Assembly: GCA_965242925.1 (NCBI GenBank)
Contig: CBDEUM010000014.1
Span: 320,001 to 384,000 of the forward strand
Reading direction: 5' to 3'
Origin: Roseibacillus sp.
GTDB lineage: Bacteria > Verrucomicrobiota > Verrucomicrobiia > Verrucomicrobiales > Akkermansiaceae
DNA length: 64,000 bases
Made by a program: the position numbers and the translations under genes. The notes under the pieces are model-generated. The model did not search any database and was not told the origin of the DNA. It was given only the letters and a program-made list of their open reading frames with translations. This document shows, one piece after another, positions 19,435 to 30,004 of this stretch (position 1 is its first letter; each line of letters opens with the position of its first letter).

Positions 19435-19722
19435 TTAAGCGAGGCGCTGGTAGTGCTGCAGGTGAATGAGAGTATTCAGCTTGAGTTTGCTCTGAATATT
19501 CCGGAACTGCTGGGTATCGGCTTCGAAGATGTAGTTCACATAATGCCCCCCCTCAAGGTGACGGGCGTTGTTTGCGAACTTCCGGCGGCCCATCTGCTTG
19601 ATCTCATCAAGCTTGGCGCCTTCCGCTTCCATCTCCTTGGCGACGGCTCCAACGAGTTCGTCGACACTATCTTCCTGTCCCTTCGTGTTCAGAACAATCA
19701 GGCCTTCGTATTTCCTGTTCAT
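19435..19722 (-). CDS. rpsF: 30S ribosomal protein S6
   Basis: MNRKYEGLIVL...MGRRKFA...GHYV, 95 aa, upstream of ssb. Confidence 0.92.
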   Translation of the reverse strand: MNRKYEGLIVLNTKGQEDSVDELVGAVAKEMEAEGAKLDEIKQMGRRKFANNARHLEGGHYVNYIFEADTQQFRNIQSKLKLNTLIHLQHYQRLA

Positions 19723-20341
19723 CCTCTGGTATCTTGGGTTGCGATTTTGGATCGGGTTCTGATTCCGGCCCCTTCGGCCGGACATTAAACCGGTTGGCGG
19801 CTTTGCTGACGCCCTCCGAGACCGCAACCTGAACAGCATCAACAGCGCTGGCAAGCGCCTTTTCTGCCTCCTCACGCTCCTCCTCCCGGAAGCGGCCGAG
19901 CACATGCCCCGTGAGTCGGGAGCCTGGAACACCTCCGATCCCGATCTTGAGCCGGGGGAAATCCCGGGACCCTAACTCGGTAATGAGACTCTGGATTCCG
20001 TTATGTCCACCGGAACCTCCGGTCATGCGGAAGCGCTGCTGCCCCAGCGGAAGGGCCACATCATCATAGACCACCAGGACCTTCTCCGCGGGAATCTTGT
20101 AGAAGCGGGCTGCCCCCGCCACCGCCCGGCCGCTCAGGTTCATGTAGGTCTGTGGCTTGAGGAGAAGAAGCCCCTCAGCGGTCCGGCACACTTCGGCCTG
20201 CCATTTCTTCTCCCGCTGAAAGACAAGACCGGCAGCGGCAGCCAGACCTCCGAGCACCTCGAAGCCCACATTGTGCCTGGTCCCGGCATAGTCCTTACCA
20301 GGATTCCCCAGGCCCACCACCAGTCGCGGAACATCCGACAC
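19667..20341 (-). CDS. pth: Peptidyl-tRNA hydrolase
   Basis: LVVGLGNPG..Y..TRHNVG, KPQTYMNLSG, YDD, GGHNG. The tail overlaps rpsF by 56 nt. Confidence 0.96.
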   Translation of the reverse strand: MSDVPRLVVGLGNPGKDYAGTRHNVGFEVLGGLAAAAGLVFQREKKWQAEVCRTAEGLLLLKPQTYMNLSGRAVAGAARFYKIPAEKVLVVYDDVALPLGQQRFRMTGGSGGHNGIQSLITELGSRDFPRLKIGIGGVPGSRLTGHVLGRFREEEREEAEKALASAVDAVQVAVSEGVSKAANRFNVRPKGPESEPDPKSQPKIPEDEQEIRRPDCSEHEGTGR

Positions 20342-20418
20342 ACACCCTTCATAACGATTCCAGACGGGAATTGCGCCACGAAAATTGGCTCGGGAGACGG
20401 AGAGGACCTCCCGCGGGC

Positions 20419-20450
20419 AAAAAAAACCCGGGGGAGGCCCCCCGGGTTTC
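20419..20450 (-). terminator. Intrinsic terminator after rplY
   Basis: Minus strand GAAACCCGGGGG-GCCT-CCCCCGGG followed by 8 T. Confidence 0.88.
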
Positions 20451-20488
20451 GTGCTTTAAACAGATGATCGGTGGAACAGGATACCGGA

Positions 20489-21166
20489 TTAGTCCGAGCC
20501 CTCTTCGCTGGTATCGCCACCTTCCTGTGCAGCGCCCTCCCCGGATTCTTCCCCTTCTTCGCCCTCACCCAATTCGCCCTCATCGGCTGCCTCATCGCTG
20601 AGAGCAATCCGCGTCTTGGCCGCCAGGGCCACCACCACATCCGCACCAAGGGTAGGCGAAACCCCTTCTGTCCACTGCATCCCCCCAACGTGGAGAGCAT
20701 CGCCGACGTCGAGATCGCTCACATCCCCTTCGATCGTCTCAGGAAGATCCTTGGGCAGACACTTGATCTCGATTGTGTAGAGCAGCTGCTCGAGTTGTCC
20801 TCCCAGTTTCACGCCCAGCGCCTCACCGTTCAGGACGACGGGTATCTGGGCTGTGATCTCGGTGGCTTCATTGATGGCCAGGAAATCGGCATGGAGGATG
20901 TTGCCGCTCAGTGGATCGTGCTGAAGATCCTTCACGAAGGCCAGTTGCTGGCCCCCACCATCCAGTTCCAAGTCCACCAGAACATTGGCGGAAGCGCTGG
21001 CGCCAATCATATCCCGGAAATCCTTGGCACTGATCTTGACGTTACGGGTTTCCGAACCACCGCCATAAACCACCGAGGGGATAAATCCTTCCCGGCGCAT
21101 GCGCTTGAGCATGCCGGTGCCGGTGCGCTTGCGATCCTCTGCCTTGAGTGTGTGCGTCTTTGCCAT
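20489..21166 (-). CDS. rplY: 50S ribosomal protein L25 / Ctc
   Basis: RMRREGFIPSVVYG, ILHADF, acidic tail; prs-rplY-pth synteny. Confidence 0.95.
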   Translation of the reverse strand: MAKTHTLKAEDRKRTGTGMLKRMRREGFIPSVVYGGGSETRNVKISAKDFRDMIGASASANVLVDLELDGGGQQLAFVKDLQHDPLSGNILHADFLAINEATEITAQIPVVLNGEALGVKLGGQLEQLLYTIEIKCLPKDLPETIEGDVSDLDVGDALHVGGMQWTEGVSPTLGADVVVALAAKTRIALSDEAADEGELGEGEEGEESGEGAAQEGGDTSEEGSD

Positions 21167-21227
21167 GGGTCCGTGGGATTTCTGATGGGGCGGCGGGCTC
21201 GGGCACGCACCGCAGGGGGGCGGCTAG

Positions 21228-22181
21228 CTACACGGATCCGCCCTCGATGTCAAAGAGAGAACTGACGGATTTGCCGTTATGGATTCGCTGGATGGCCTCG
21301 CCCAGGAGCCCCGCAACGGTGAGCGTGCTCACCTTGGCCCGGCAGGCCTCGGGCGGCAGTGGGGTCGAGTCTGTGGTGATCACCTCGTCGATATCGGAAC
21401 TCATGATGCGTTCGCACCCGAGATCCCCCAGCACGGCGTGGGAAACACCGGCAAAAATCCGGCCAGCCCCGTTGCTCTTGAGGGTCTCCGCGGCCGCACA
21501 GAGCGTTCCGGCCGTTTCGGTCATATCATCCACGATGATGGCGTCCCGACCCTCCACTTCCCCGATGAGCTTCATGGGCTCCACCACGGTGGCGGAGATC
21601 CGCTGCTTGGCCACAATGGCCAATTCGGCCCCGAGGGCATTTGCGTAACTGCGGGCAATCTTGACTCCCCCGACGTCGGGAGAGACCACCGTGATTTCGC
21701 GGTCCGAACCATTCCGCTGCTGGCGCAGGTGCTTGAGAAGAACCGGCTTGGCGTAGAGATGGTCGACCGGAATGTCGAAGAAGCCCTGCACCTGGGCGGC
21801 GTGCAGGTCCATGGTGAGCACCCGATCAACTCCCGCTGCTTCGATAAGGTTGGCCACCAGCTTGGCCGTAATGGGAACACGGGGCTTGTCCTTCCGGTCC
21901 TGACGGGCATAGCCAAAGAAGGGGATGACGGCGGTAATGCGCTCCGCACTGGCCCGGCGCACCGCATCCACCATGATGAGGAGCTCCATCAGGTTCTGGT
22001 TGGTGGGCGGGCAGGTGGGCTGGATAAGAAAAACATCCTGGCGACGAACGTTTTCATTAATTCGCACGTAGGTCTCACCATCTGGAAAACTGGTGACTTC
22101 GGCGTCGGCCAAACTGGTTCCGATCTGGTCGGCAATTCCCTGGGCGAGGGAGGGGTGGGCGTTCCCGGTAAGAAGTTTCAT
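21228..22181 (-). CDS. prs: Ribose-phosphate pyrophosphokinase
   Basis: FPDGE, YARQDRK, MDLH, VVSPDVGG, IVDDMTETAGT. Confidence 0.97.
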   Translation of the reverse strand: MKLLTGNAHPSLAQGIADQIGTSLADAEVTSFPDGETYVRINENVRRQDVFLIQPTCPPTNQNLMELLIMVDAVRRASAERITAVIPFFGYARQDRKDKPRVPITAKLVANLIEAAGVDRVLTMDLHAAQVQGFFDIPVDHLYAKPVLLKHLRQQRNGSDREITVVSPDVGGVKIARSYANALGAELAIVAKQRISATVVEPMKLIGEVEGRDAIIVDDMTETAGTLCAAAETLKSNGAGRIFAGVSHAVLGDLGCERIMSSDIDEVITTDSTPLPPEACRAKVSTLTVAGLLGEAIQRIHNGKSVSSLFDIEGGSV

Positions 22182-22284
22182 GGCAGGCGGTAGCCAAGGA
22201 TTGGTTATTAGTTTCTGGCCGTGAGGGCGAGGAGAATCGACGGCAGTTCTTGACTCCCGTCAGAATTTCCCATCCCCCAGCGCG

Positions 22285-23712
22285 CTACTTGCTCCCCTTC
22301 CTTCTCAACACCGCAGGAACGGTCTTGAGAAGGATCCTGAGGTCGAGCCCGAGCGACCAGTTGTCGATGTATTCAAGATCCAGGCGCACCCACTCATCAA
22401 AGCTGGTGATCTTGTTGCGGCCGCTCACCTGCCAGAGGCAGGTAATCCCCGGTTTTACACTAAGACGGCGCCGGTGCTCGGACTTGGCAAACTGCTCGAC
22501 TTCATAGAGGGGAAGTGGCCGCGGACCAACCAGACTCATGTCCCCCCGCAGCACATTGAGCAGTTGGGGCAGCTCGTCTATGCTGGTACGCCGCAGAAAG
22601 TTCCCGAATCCGAAAACCCGGGGATCGTTCTCCAACTTGAAGACCGGCCCCGACATCTCGTTACCCTCGGATTCCTTGATGTCGTCAAGTTGGTCTTCCG
22701 CATCCGGGTGCATGGTCCGGAATTTCCACATCGTGAACGGTTTGCCATAACGCCCGGCCCGTTTCTGGCGGAAAAAGACCGGGTCCCTAGGGCTCCCGAT
22801 CTTGATGAAGAGGGCGACCCACCACCAGATGAGAACGATGGAGGCGCCCAGAACGACCGCGGACACCAGGAAATCAATCGCCCCTTTCACCCAGAGGGCC
22901 CAGGACAACTCCGGGGTGGACCGCAGGACCAGCATGGGCTTGCCCCCCATACTGTCAAAGTCGGGACGGGCTACCTGCGTCTGGATGAAATCCGCCGAGA
23001 TCCAGGCCTCCACACCCTGTAACTCGCAGATCTCCACCAATTCAGCCAGTTTTCCAAACTCGGTCTGCCTGGGGGCGAAGATCACCCGGGCGACCGATTC
23101 GCGCTTGAGGAGGCTGGTGAACTCTTCCGGGGTTCCCTCGGACGGTTGGTAGTGGGCCACCACCTTGTATTCGGTCAGGACATCCGAGGGCAGGCTTGCT
23201 TCGAATTCCTTGATGGACTCCTGGGAGCCGACGTAAATGACCGCCTCCTTGGCATCTTCCACACGCACCGAGTGCAGCACGAAGATGCGCACCAGCCTCT
23301 CACGCATCAGGACCAGGCAGATCGCAATGGGGACGGCCGCACCAAGGGTCAGTCGAGGCGTAATGTCTCCCAGCTTGAAGAAGACCACCAGGGCCCCGAC
23401 CACCACCCCCACGATGATGAGGGATTTGGCCATCTGGGTCAGTGAATCCCGGAGGCGCTTGCGCAGGGGATGGCGATAGAAACCGAAGGCCTCCAGCGCG
23501 ATGGGAGTGAGAGGAATGATGACGAAAAGCAACGGCATCATCTCGGTGAGGCCGATCGTATTATCTCCCCGCTTCCAGACCTCCCACTTGTCGAGGATCC
23601 AAAGAAGATCATCGCGTATGGCGGCACTGATCACGAAAGCCGCGTAAACAAGGGTGGCATCGACGAACTGCAATGCCTGCACCGAGAGGGCTTCTTTACG
23701 TCCTTGGGCCAT
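22285..23712 (-). CDS. Priming polyprenyl-phosphate glycosylphosphotransferase (WcaJ/WbaP-like sugar transferase)
   Basis: N-terminal TMs; KFRTM, DPRV, SIDELPQLLNVLRGDMSLVGPRP, KPGITCLWQVSGRN, DLEYIDNWS. Confidence 0.94.
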   Translation of the reverse strand: MAQGRKEALSVQALQFVDATLVYAAFVISAAIRDDLLWILDKWEVWKRGDNTIGLTEMMPLLFVIIPLTPIALEAFGFYRHPLRKRLRDSLTQMAKSLIIVGVVVGALVVFFKLGDITPRLTLGAAVPIAICLVLMRERLVRIFVLHSVRVEDAKEAVIYVGSQESIKEFEASLPSDVLTEYKVVAHYQPSEGTPEEFTSLLKRESVARVIFAPRQTEFGKLAELVEICELQGVEAWISADFIQTQVARPDFDSMGGKPMLVLRSTPELSWALWVKGAIDFLVSAVVLGASIVLIWWWVALFIKIGSPRDPVFFRQKRAGRYGKPFTMWKFRTMHPDAEDQLDDIKESEGNEMSGPVFKLENDPRVFGFGNFLRRTSIDELPQLLNVLRGDMSLVGPRPLPLYEVEQFAKSEHRRRLSVKPGITCLWQVSGRNKITSFDEWVRLDLEYIDNWSLGLDLRILLKTVPAVLRRKGSK

Positions 23713-25730
23713 CAGCGGGTCGTTGGGTCATCCGGTCGGGGAAACCGAATAAGGATGTCGGGCGGAAACGCAGGCCGGATCTTTCCGTCCTGCAATGATT
23801 TAATGTATGATTCAAGAATCCTCCGCCGTTCCCGGAATTCCTGCGGTCGGCTGAAACGGTAGCCGCGGCGGATGGAAAGATCCAGATAATCCTGAGCGCG
23901 GAGGAAGCAGCCGAAAGCCTCTTCCGGTCGGCGGCTATACCAGAGTTGTTTGCCCCGCAGGGCGAGGTGAAGAGAGAGACCGGCATAGGCTCCGAACTTG
24001 CGTTCCCGGCGTCTGGCAACCCGAATCGCCTCCACATGCACCCCGGCAGCTTTGTCGAACTCCCCGAGCAGATCGAGTACGAGGCCAAGCTCAATCAGGC
24101 TGCGCGGATCCTCAGGGTGACGCTTATGAGCCAGGTCCAATCCCCACCGGGCTTCCTCGAGGCGAAAGATATTTTCGGGCCGGTCCGCTTCCGGGGTCTG
24201 TGTATAGGCGCTCAACTGCAGGCGACCGTACATTTCAGCCGCGAAATAGTGCGGTGAATCCTCCACCAGTTTGCGCAGGCGGGGCAATTCTCCGGGATCC
24301 ACTTCGAAGTTGGCCCCCCGTTGCTGTTCCCACTGGATCCATCCCCCCGCATGCAAGCTCTCCTTGCCTACCACAACCACAGCCAGAAAGGATATCACGA
24401 TCACCAGAGTGACGTGTCCGCCTTGGGCAAGGATGGAGCGGGTTGGGGATGCTGCAGGCATGACAAGTCCGATGGCAAGGGATGCCATCATGAGAATAGG
24501 CAGGAGATGGGGTTGAAAATCGAAGGCCGCGTGAAGCATTCCCCCCACCAACCCGGCAGCAGCGCCCACCTGCAGACCACGCTGGAGCGACGGAGGATCC
24601 TCCCCTCTCTGGTGTGATGGAAACAGCGCACCCAGAAGCACGGCGATAAGGAATCCCAGGAGGAGAACCAGCCCGATCAGGCCGTAGTCGCAGAGCACCT
24701 GAAGATATTCGCTGTGGGCCAGCTCGGGATCATCGACCCAGCTGGGGATATCCGTGTCCCAGTGCTGGATGGCGAGATAACGATAGCTCTGGCTCCCGTT
24801 TCCAACCAGTGGCTTTTCCTGCCAGATCTCGAAGGCCACCCCCGCCAGTCCCAGTCGCGAACTTTGACCCAGCAGGTTGCCAAGATCAGATCCCTGATCC
24901 CGCTGTACACTCAGGGAGGAAGTCGCCAGCACCACCGCCCCCACGATCCCGAGAGCAAGAGCTCCGAGAATACTCCAGGCTGCAAGCCGGACCCCCGGAC
25001 TGCGATGGTGGACCCTTGCGATAACAACAAAGGCAACGGCACACCCCAGCCCCCCCACAGTGGCGGCGAACCCGGCCCGTGACTTGGTCAACCAGACCAG
25101 AAGGAGACCGGCCCCTGCCAGGAGCAGGAAGGGAGCCCGCGCCCTCCACCTGGTCGAGCACAGCGCCACTCCAAGGAAGAGGGGCACCATGATAGCCATG
25201 AGTCCCGCCAGGTTATTCCACTGCCAGAAGAGTCCGCTCACTCCTTCTCCGCTCGGGCGCGTCCGTCGGAAGAAGGTAAAGTGGGGATCGAAGAATTCCT
25301 GGTAGATCCCCGCGAGAAACTGTGCCCCAAAGACAACAGTGAGCCCCGAGAGAAGGATTATCCGCTCACGCCGGGTGCCCACACAGGTGGGCACCGTGAC
25401 GATCGTAAGCCAGGCCATGGTGATGAGGTGCAGGTCATGGCGACCCAGATCCCACACTTCCGAGAAAAGAGCCCGCAAGGTGAAGTAGAGCAGCGCTGGC
25501 ACGCCCGCCAGCAGGATCGGCGTCCGCACGACCCGTCCCGTCCGGACCACCTCCGCCAATCCCAGAAGGGCCCCGATCACCACCAACGGCACGGCCACCG
25601 CGCTGCGGTGGAGTTCAAGCCCTCCCGCCAGGAGAATGGCGGTCACCCAGCCCGCAAAAAGAAAAAGCAGAGCGGAAGGCGCCAACCAGTGCACACGCAC
25701 GGATCGGGCTTGGACAGGATGGTCGCTCAT
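23712..25730 (-). CDS. O-antigen ligase (Wzy_C) family protein with TPR-like C-terminus
   Basis: Many TMs; LTKSRAG, PLVGNG, AHSEYLQVLCDYGLIG, HAAFDF. Confidence 0.85.
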   Translation of the reverse strand: MSDHPVQARSVRVHWLAPSALLFLFAGWVTAILLAGGLELHRSAVAVPLVVIGALLGLAEVVRTGRVVRTPILLAGVPALLYFTLRALFSEVWDLGRHDLHLITMAWLTIVTVPTCVGTRRERIILLSGLTVVFGAQFLAGIYQEFFDPHFTFFRRTRPSGEGVSGLFWQWNNLAGLMAIMVPLFLGVALCSTRWRARAPFLLLAGAGLLLVWLTKSRAGFAATVGGLGCAVAFVVIARVHHRSPGVRLAAWSILGALALGIVGAVVLATSSLSVQRDQGSDLGNLLGQSSRLGLAGVAFEIWQEKPLVGNGSQSYRYLAIQHWDTDIPSWVDDPELAHSEYLQVLCDYGLIGLVLLLGFLIAVLLGALFPSHQRGEDPPSLQRGLQVGAAAGLVGGMLHAAFDFQPHLLPILMMASLAIGLVMPAASPTRSILAQGGHVTLVIVISFLAVVVVGKESLHAGGWIQWEQQRGANFEVDPGELPRLRKLVEDSPHYFAAEMYGRLQLSAYTQTPEADRPENIFRLEEARWGLDLAHKRHPEDPRSLIELGLVLDLLGEFDKAAGVHVEAIRVARRRERKFGAYAGLSLHLALRGKQLWYSRRPEEAFGCFLRAQDYLDLSIRRGYRFSRPQEFRERRRILESYIKSLQDGKIRPAFPPDILIRFPRPDDPTTR

Positions 25731-25764
25731 GGCGTTAACTTGGAAACCGGCGGAACGGAAACGT

Positions 25765-26688
25765 TCACCCTAAAGCAGTAAACCAGCCCACCAGCAGGAT
25801 CCAGGTGGCAAGTGAAAAGACCAACCCGGGGCTCTTGAGAAGAAGGCGCTCGGGAGTTTCCACTACGGTGGAGCGCCAGGCCAGTCGCAGGTAGCTCATC
25901 AGTCCGGTCAGGGCAGGGAGGGTGGTGAAGACGAAGGGGATGCGGTCGGGACGATTGAGGCAGTAGGCCAGGTAGATGGCTCCGGCAAGGAGGGCGCTGC
26001 ATCCGGTCAGGACGTCGAGGAGATCAGCCGTATAGCCCCGCAGGGCCCGCCGGGTGATCCCCATCTCGCGATGGGTTTTCTCGAGGAGGAGCCACTCCCC
26101 CTTGCGTTTTCCAAAGCCGAGCAGGAGCGCGAGGAAGTAGGTACAGCTCAGGAGCCAGCCGGTAGGATGGGCGGTAAGGTCGAAGCGCTGCAGAGCGTAA
26201 GACCCGGCCGCCACCCGCGCCACGAACCCTGTGGCCAGGACGAGGACATCGAGAAGTGGCAGCCCGCGCAGGTAATACGAGTAGATCCAGGAAAGCAGGT
26301 AGTAACCCGCCAGCAACCCCGTCACGATGCCTCCTCCATAGAACCACCAGGAAGATCCCAGCGCCCCACCGGCCAGAAGGACTATCGCCAGCCAGGCCTG
26401 GCGCACGGAAATCTGACCGCTCGCGATAGGCCGCCTGCACTTGCGGGGATGACGCCGGTCTTCCGCACGATTCACAATGTCATTAGCGAGATAGACCGCG
26501 CTGGAAATCAGGCAGAAGCAGAAAACGATTGGCAGCACCGCCATCCAGGCTGCAAGTTCCAGCATGGACCCGTGAAAGAAAAGGGCTGTCAGGCAGAACC
26601 CGCTCTTGATCCAATGCGACGTCCGCAGAGCCGCCAGCCACTTCCGGACTGGGTCAGCGATCAGGTGTGCTGTCGTTTTCTCTGGCAT
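25765..26688 (-). CDS. UbiA-family prenyltransferase, decaprenyl-phosphate phosphoribosyltransferase-like
   Basis: LRTSHWIKS, YLANDIVNRAEDRRHPRKCRRPIASG, DVLVLATGFVARV, GKRKGE. Confidence 0.85.
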   Translation of the reverse strand: MPEKTTAHLIADPVRKWLAALRTSHWIKSGFCLTALFFHGSMLELAAWMAVLPIVFCFCLISSAVYLANDIVNRAEDRRHPRKCRRPIASGQISVRQAWLAIVLLAGGALGSSWWFYGGGIVTGLLAGYYLLSWIYSYYLRGLPLLDVLVLATGFVARVAAGSYALQRFDLTAHPTGWLLSCTYFLALLLGFGKRKGEWLLLEKTHREMGITRRALRGYTADLLDVLTGCSALLAGAIYLAYCLNRPDRIPFVFTTLPALTGLMSYLRLAWRSTVVETPERLLLKSPGLVFSLATWILLVGWFTALG

Positions 26689-26742
26689 CTAACCGAAATT
26701 AAGATAGGCCCTCGCGCCATCCGGGTATCCCTCCCGAACCGG

Positions 26743-28644
26743 TCACCGGCCCGCTCCGGAACCCGCGTACTTCCTCACATCCATGAAATCGGGAAGGGTC
26801 CCGAATCCCACCCAGAGATCCCCCGGGTCATCCCCGCGCTCCCTGTGAAGCTTCTCCCATTTTTCTGCTGTGACAGGCAGACCCCACCAGGGATCCTGGT
26901 CGTAGGGACTCTCCAGTTGCACGAGCTCCCCGGTCTGTCGCATGCGACGTCCCAATTGCTCAAGTGGTTCCCGGTCCCGCCCGGCGATCACCCCTCGATG
27001 CCCCCGCAATTCGTCCGCGTTCCAGTCCTTCTTGCGCCATGGGCTCAGTCGAAAATCGTTGCCTCTGAAATACTTATGTAGCGCGAGCTTTATACTGACC
27101 CCGGTATTAGGTGGGCCTGCCTCTGGCCTCCCGGGAGTCCAGAGGAGAATGCGTTCCCCATGGGACTCCCCCACCACCTGCAGGCGTCCGCGTTCGAGCA
27201 AAGAGAGGAGGGAGTTCCGGTTGGAGCCTTCCGTGGAATTCACCCCTCGCTGCCGTTTGCCCAAAGTGCGTTCGTCGAAGAGAACGAACTCGGCGTCTTT
27301 GATCCGGCGAACCTGCTCTTTCCCGAAGAGGGCGAGATGGAACGTGCCGTAGGACACCAGTCCGCTGCTGAGAATAACTCCCTCCCCCTCAGGCAGACTC
27401 GCAGGATTCACCGTGCTCCAGGCCGCCCAAACCCGCTGGTTGTGATCGACCGTCTCCTCCGCGCCGTCGGCCAGGCGGCCAAAAAACCATCCATAGCCTC
27501 CCATCGGCCAGAAGCCGTCGGTCGAAGGAAAGAGGGTAGACGGGGAGGTGACCAGTGCTCCCTGGCGCCAGTCAGCCATGCGCACGCCCACGATCCAGGG
27601 TCCCATGGTCCCGAGAAGAGTGAGCACGATGGCAAGCTGTCCGGGACGACGCCGACCGATCGCGGACCAGATCTCACGCCCGCGCTCGAAAAAGATGGTC
27701 AGAAGGATCGCGAGGGCCGGGAGGAACAGATGGCGCGGAGTATATAACACGCACCCGTAAAAGATGAGAGGCAGCAGGACGGCAGCGGCCACGAGACAGC
27801 GGTAGAACGACCGCCCACCCGCAAGGGTGGCGGCAAAGACAAGCAGGAGAAGGAGAAGGGCCCCCAGTCCGCCCCCAATGAAAGCGACGAAGGTGGGTAG
27901 AACAAAGAAGGGATCGGGCAGGACCGCGAAACCGTCACTGAGCAGTAATCCCAGGACAACGGCAAAACCAGTGCCCATCAACATGGCCTGCACCCGCCGG
28001 TCTTGAAAGAGCGCCCTCAGGGAGTCCTCACGGACCGTGAAGAACGCCAGCAAAGGCATGAGCAGGAGGGCGTCCTGGCGCGCCGCGGTAGCTGCCCACG
28101 CAAGGAGGCCCACCAGGAAGACCCTCCCCACCGACGGTTGTCCCACGTCTTCCCCATCAGCCCCCCGCCCCGGAGGGGGCCGCAGCATCACCACGAGGAC
28201 GAGGAGAAAGGACGCTGAAATCATGTTGGGCGAGAGGAACATCCCCGAAAAGGACAATACAGGGGTGAACAGCGCGCCGTAGAGGATGGCAACCTGCACC
28301 CCTGTCCATCTTCGCTGCGAACCCACCACCGAGAGCAGGGCAAGAGCGAAAAGGGTGACCGCCAGCAGGTTTCCCTCCCTCACGATGACCATGGATTTCT
28401 CGCCGGACGGGCTGCGCAGCTTGAGCCAGGCCGCCGTCACCCAGTAGGAGAAGTACTGCTTGTCGTAGTTGTAGCTGTCGTTGTCCGAGAGGGCCTTGTC
28501 GCCCACCGCCAACTGCACCGCGCCCCCGAGCAGCGAGGCCTGATCACTCTCGCGCATGACCGGACCGACTGCCCAGATTTCCAGGCAGATCCAGACCACG
28601 GTCACGAGAGACGCCGCAAGGCGCATCTTTCCGGAACGCGTCAT
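26743..28644 (-). CDS. Polytopic membrane protein, possible GT-C-fold glycosyltransferase
   Basis: About 10 TMs, acidic loop after TM1 (RESDQ), late PRHLFLP motif, soluble C-terminal domain; next to the UbiA gene. Confidence 0.5.
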   Translation of the reverse strand: MTRSGKMRLAASLVTVVWICLEIWAVGPVMRESDQASLLGGAVQLAVGDKALSDNDSYNYDKQYFSYWVTAAWLKLRSPSGEKSMVIVREGNLLAVTLFALALLSVVGSQRRWTGVQVAILYGALFTPVLSFSGMFLSPNMISASFLLVLVVMLRPPPGRGADGEDVGQPSVGRVFLVGLLAWAATAARQDALLLMPLLAFFTVREDSLRALFQDRRVQAMLMGTGFAVVLGLLLSDGFAVLPDPFFVLPTFVAFIGGGLGALLLLLLVFAATLAGGRSFYRCLVAAAVLLPLIFYGCVLYTPRHLFLPALAILLTIFFERGREIWSAIGRRRPGQLAIVLTLLGTMGPWIVGVRMADWRQGALVTSPSTLFPSTDGFWPMGGYGWFFGRLADGAEETVDHNQRVWAAWSTVNPASLPEGEGVILSSGLVSYGTFHLALFGKEQVRRIKDAEFVLFDERTLGKRQRGVNSTEGSNRNSLLSLLERGRLQVVGESHGERILLWTPGRPEAGPPNTGVSIKLALHKYFRGNDFRLSPWRKKDWNADELRGHRGVIAGRDREPLEQLGRRMRQTGELVQLESPYDQDPWWGLPVTAEKWEKLHRERGDDPGDLWVGFGTLPDFMDVRKYAGSGAGR

Positions 28645-28646
28645 TC

Positions 28647-29255
28647 CTATTCAGGGGCGAGGGGATTGAGCACGGCGAAGTACTGGAGCTTCCTGCCGAA
28701 GAAAGCATTCACCACGGGCGGGTAAAGATCGATAGAGGTTCGCTCCATCTGCACGGAGAGGGCACACTCCCTGAAGAGGTCGTGCCACCCGCTCACGGTG
28801 GGGTAACGGAAAAGACAGCGCACGCCATAGCCGGCATTGGCGGCCCAGTCGAGGAGGGAAATCCGCGGCCAGGCCAGAAAGGATCCGGTCTTGTGATCCT
28901 TGACGATCACACGCTTGCGCGCCACTCGTCCGGCCTCCTGCAACAGACGACCGGGATTCTCTTCGTGATGGAGAACGTCAGCCAGCAAAACGTTGTCGAT
29001 GGAACCTTTCTCGTAGGGAATGGTCTCTCCGTCGTAGGGATCGACCGGGATGCCGCAGCCCTCCCGCACATTGGTTTCCAGACCGCGGACCTCCAGCCCG
29101 TAGTCGCGGGTAAGCGCAGCACCGAGGGCACCCGCACCACAGCCGATATCGAGGAGTGACTCACCCCGAGGCAGGCACCCCCCGAGGACCTTGAGCAGGA
29201 CCTCCAGGCGCCGCTCGTAAACCGGTGCGTGCAACGTGCGCAAAAGGGCCTTCAT
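28647..29255 (-). CDS. Class I SAM-dependent methyltransferase
   Basis: LLDIGCGAG motif I; DVLHH. Confidence 0.9.
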   Translation of the reverse strand: MKALLRTLHAPVYERRLEVLLKVLGGCLPRGESLLDIGCGAGALGAALTRDYGLEVRGLETNVREGCGIPVDPYDGETIPYEKGSIDNVLLADVLHHEENPGRLLQEAGRVARKRVIVKDHKTGSFLAWPRISLLDWAANAGYGVRCLFRYPTVSGWHDLFRECALSVQMERTSIDLYPPVVNAFFGRKLQYFAVLNPLAPE

Positions 29256-30004
29256 TCGGCCTCGGTCGCTCCCAGCGATTTCTGGAACATGGGAGCATAT
29301 TGCTCGATGAAGGAAAAGGCGCGCGACCGAGCCTCTTCGTCAGCATTTGCGATTTCCTCGGGAGTCTTATTCCCCTCAAGGTCGACATGGACCAACACGC
29401 TGGGATACCCCCAGCGGTTGTTGAGGTTCCTGAACATGTTATCCAGGACAGTATAGAGGATGCGCTCGAAGTCAGAAGGGGTCGACCGCTTGGCTCCGAT
29501 CCACCAGTAGATGTAATGGGCGCGCGCGTTGCGGATGGTGCCGTCCTCTTCGCTCACCTTGCGCAGAAGCGTGAAATCCATGACTTTCACATCCTGACCG
29601 GCAACGGAAAGAGTGACCGTTTCCTTCTTCGCGATCCGCCATCCCTGCGCGCGGAGGCAGACCTGGGGGCGGTGGAGACTCCGGCGATCATTCCCACTCA
29701 GAATAAGACTGACCGAGATTCCCTCCTCGCTGGCCTCAACCTCATTCGACGCCGTCGATTTCTTCGGGACATACAGCATCTTCAGGAGGCCCGTATCCTC
29801 GGGCAGCCATTTTTTTTCCTCCATGGAGATTGGCCGCTCGAAACCCAGATAACCAGGAACCTGATCCCTGGCCGGCAGCTCCAGAATCATTCCCGATTCC
29901 GAATTTTCCGCCGCATTCGGAAAGAGCACGCAGACCCCGATCGTGGTGGAGACCAGCAGCAGCACTACCACACTCCGAACAACGGCTTGTCTGATCGTGA
30001 TCAT
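29252..30004 (-). CDS. epsI: Exosortase-associated EpsI family protein
   Basis: N-terminal TM; SLHRPQVCLRAQGW; YIYWW; coupled to the exosortase gene by a 4-nt overlap. Confidence 0.85.
   Translation of the reverse strand: MITIRQAVVRSVVVLLLVSTTIGVCVLFPNAAENSESGMILELPARDQVPGYLGFERPISMEEKKWLPEDTGLLKMLYVPKKSTASNEVEASEEGISVSLILSGNDRRSLHRPQVCLRAQGWRIAKKETVTLSVAGQDVKVMDFTLLRKVSEEDGTIRNARAHYIYWWIGAKRSTPSDFERILYTVLDNMFRNLNNRWGYPSVLVHVDLEGNKTPEEIANADEEARSRAFSFIEQYAPMFQKSLGATEAE

Noticed and set aside
22186..22193. Exact ops core GGCGGTAG near the prs start
   Set aside because: It is on the plus strand whereas all surrounding genes are on the minus strand, and it lacks the downstream TG.
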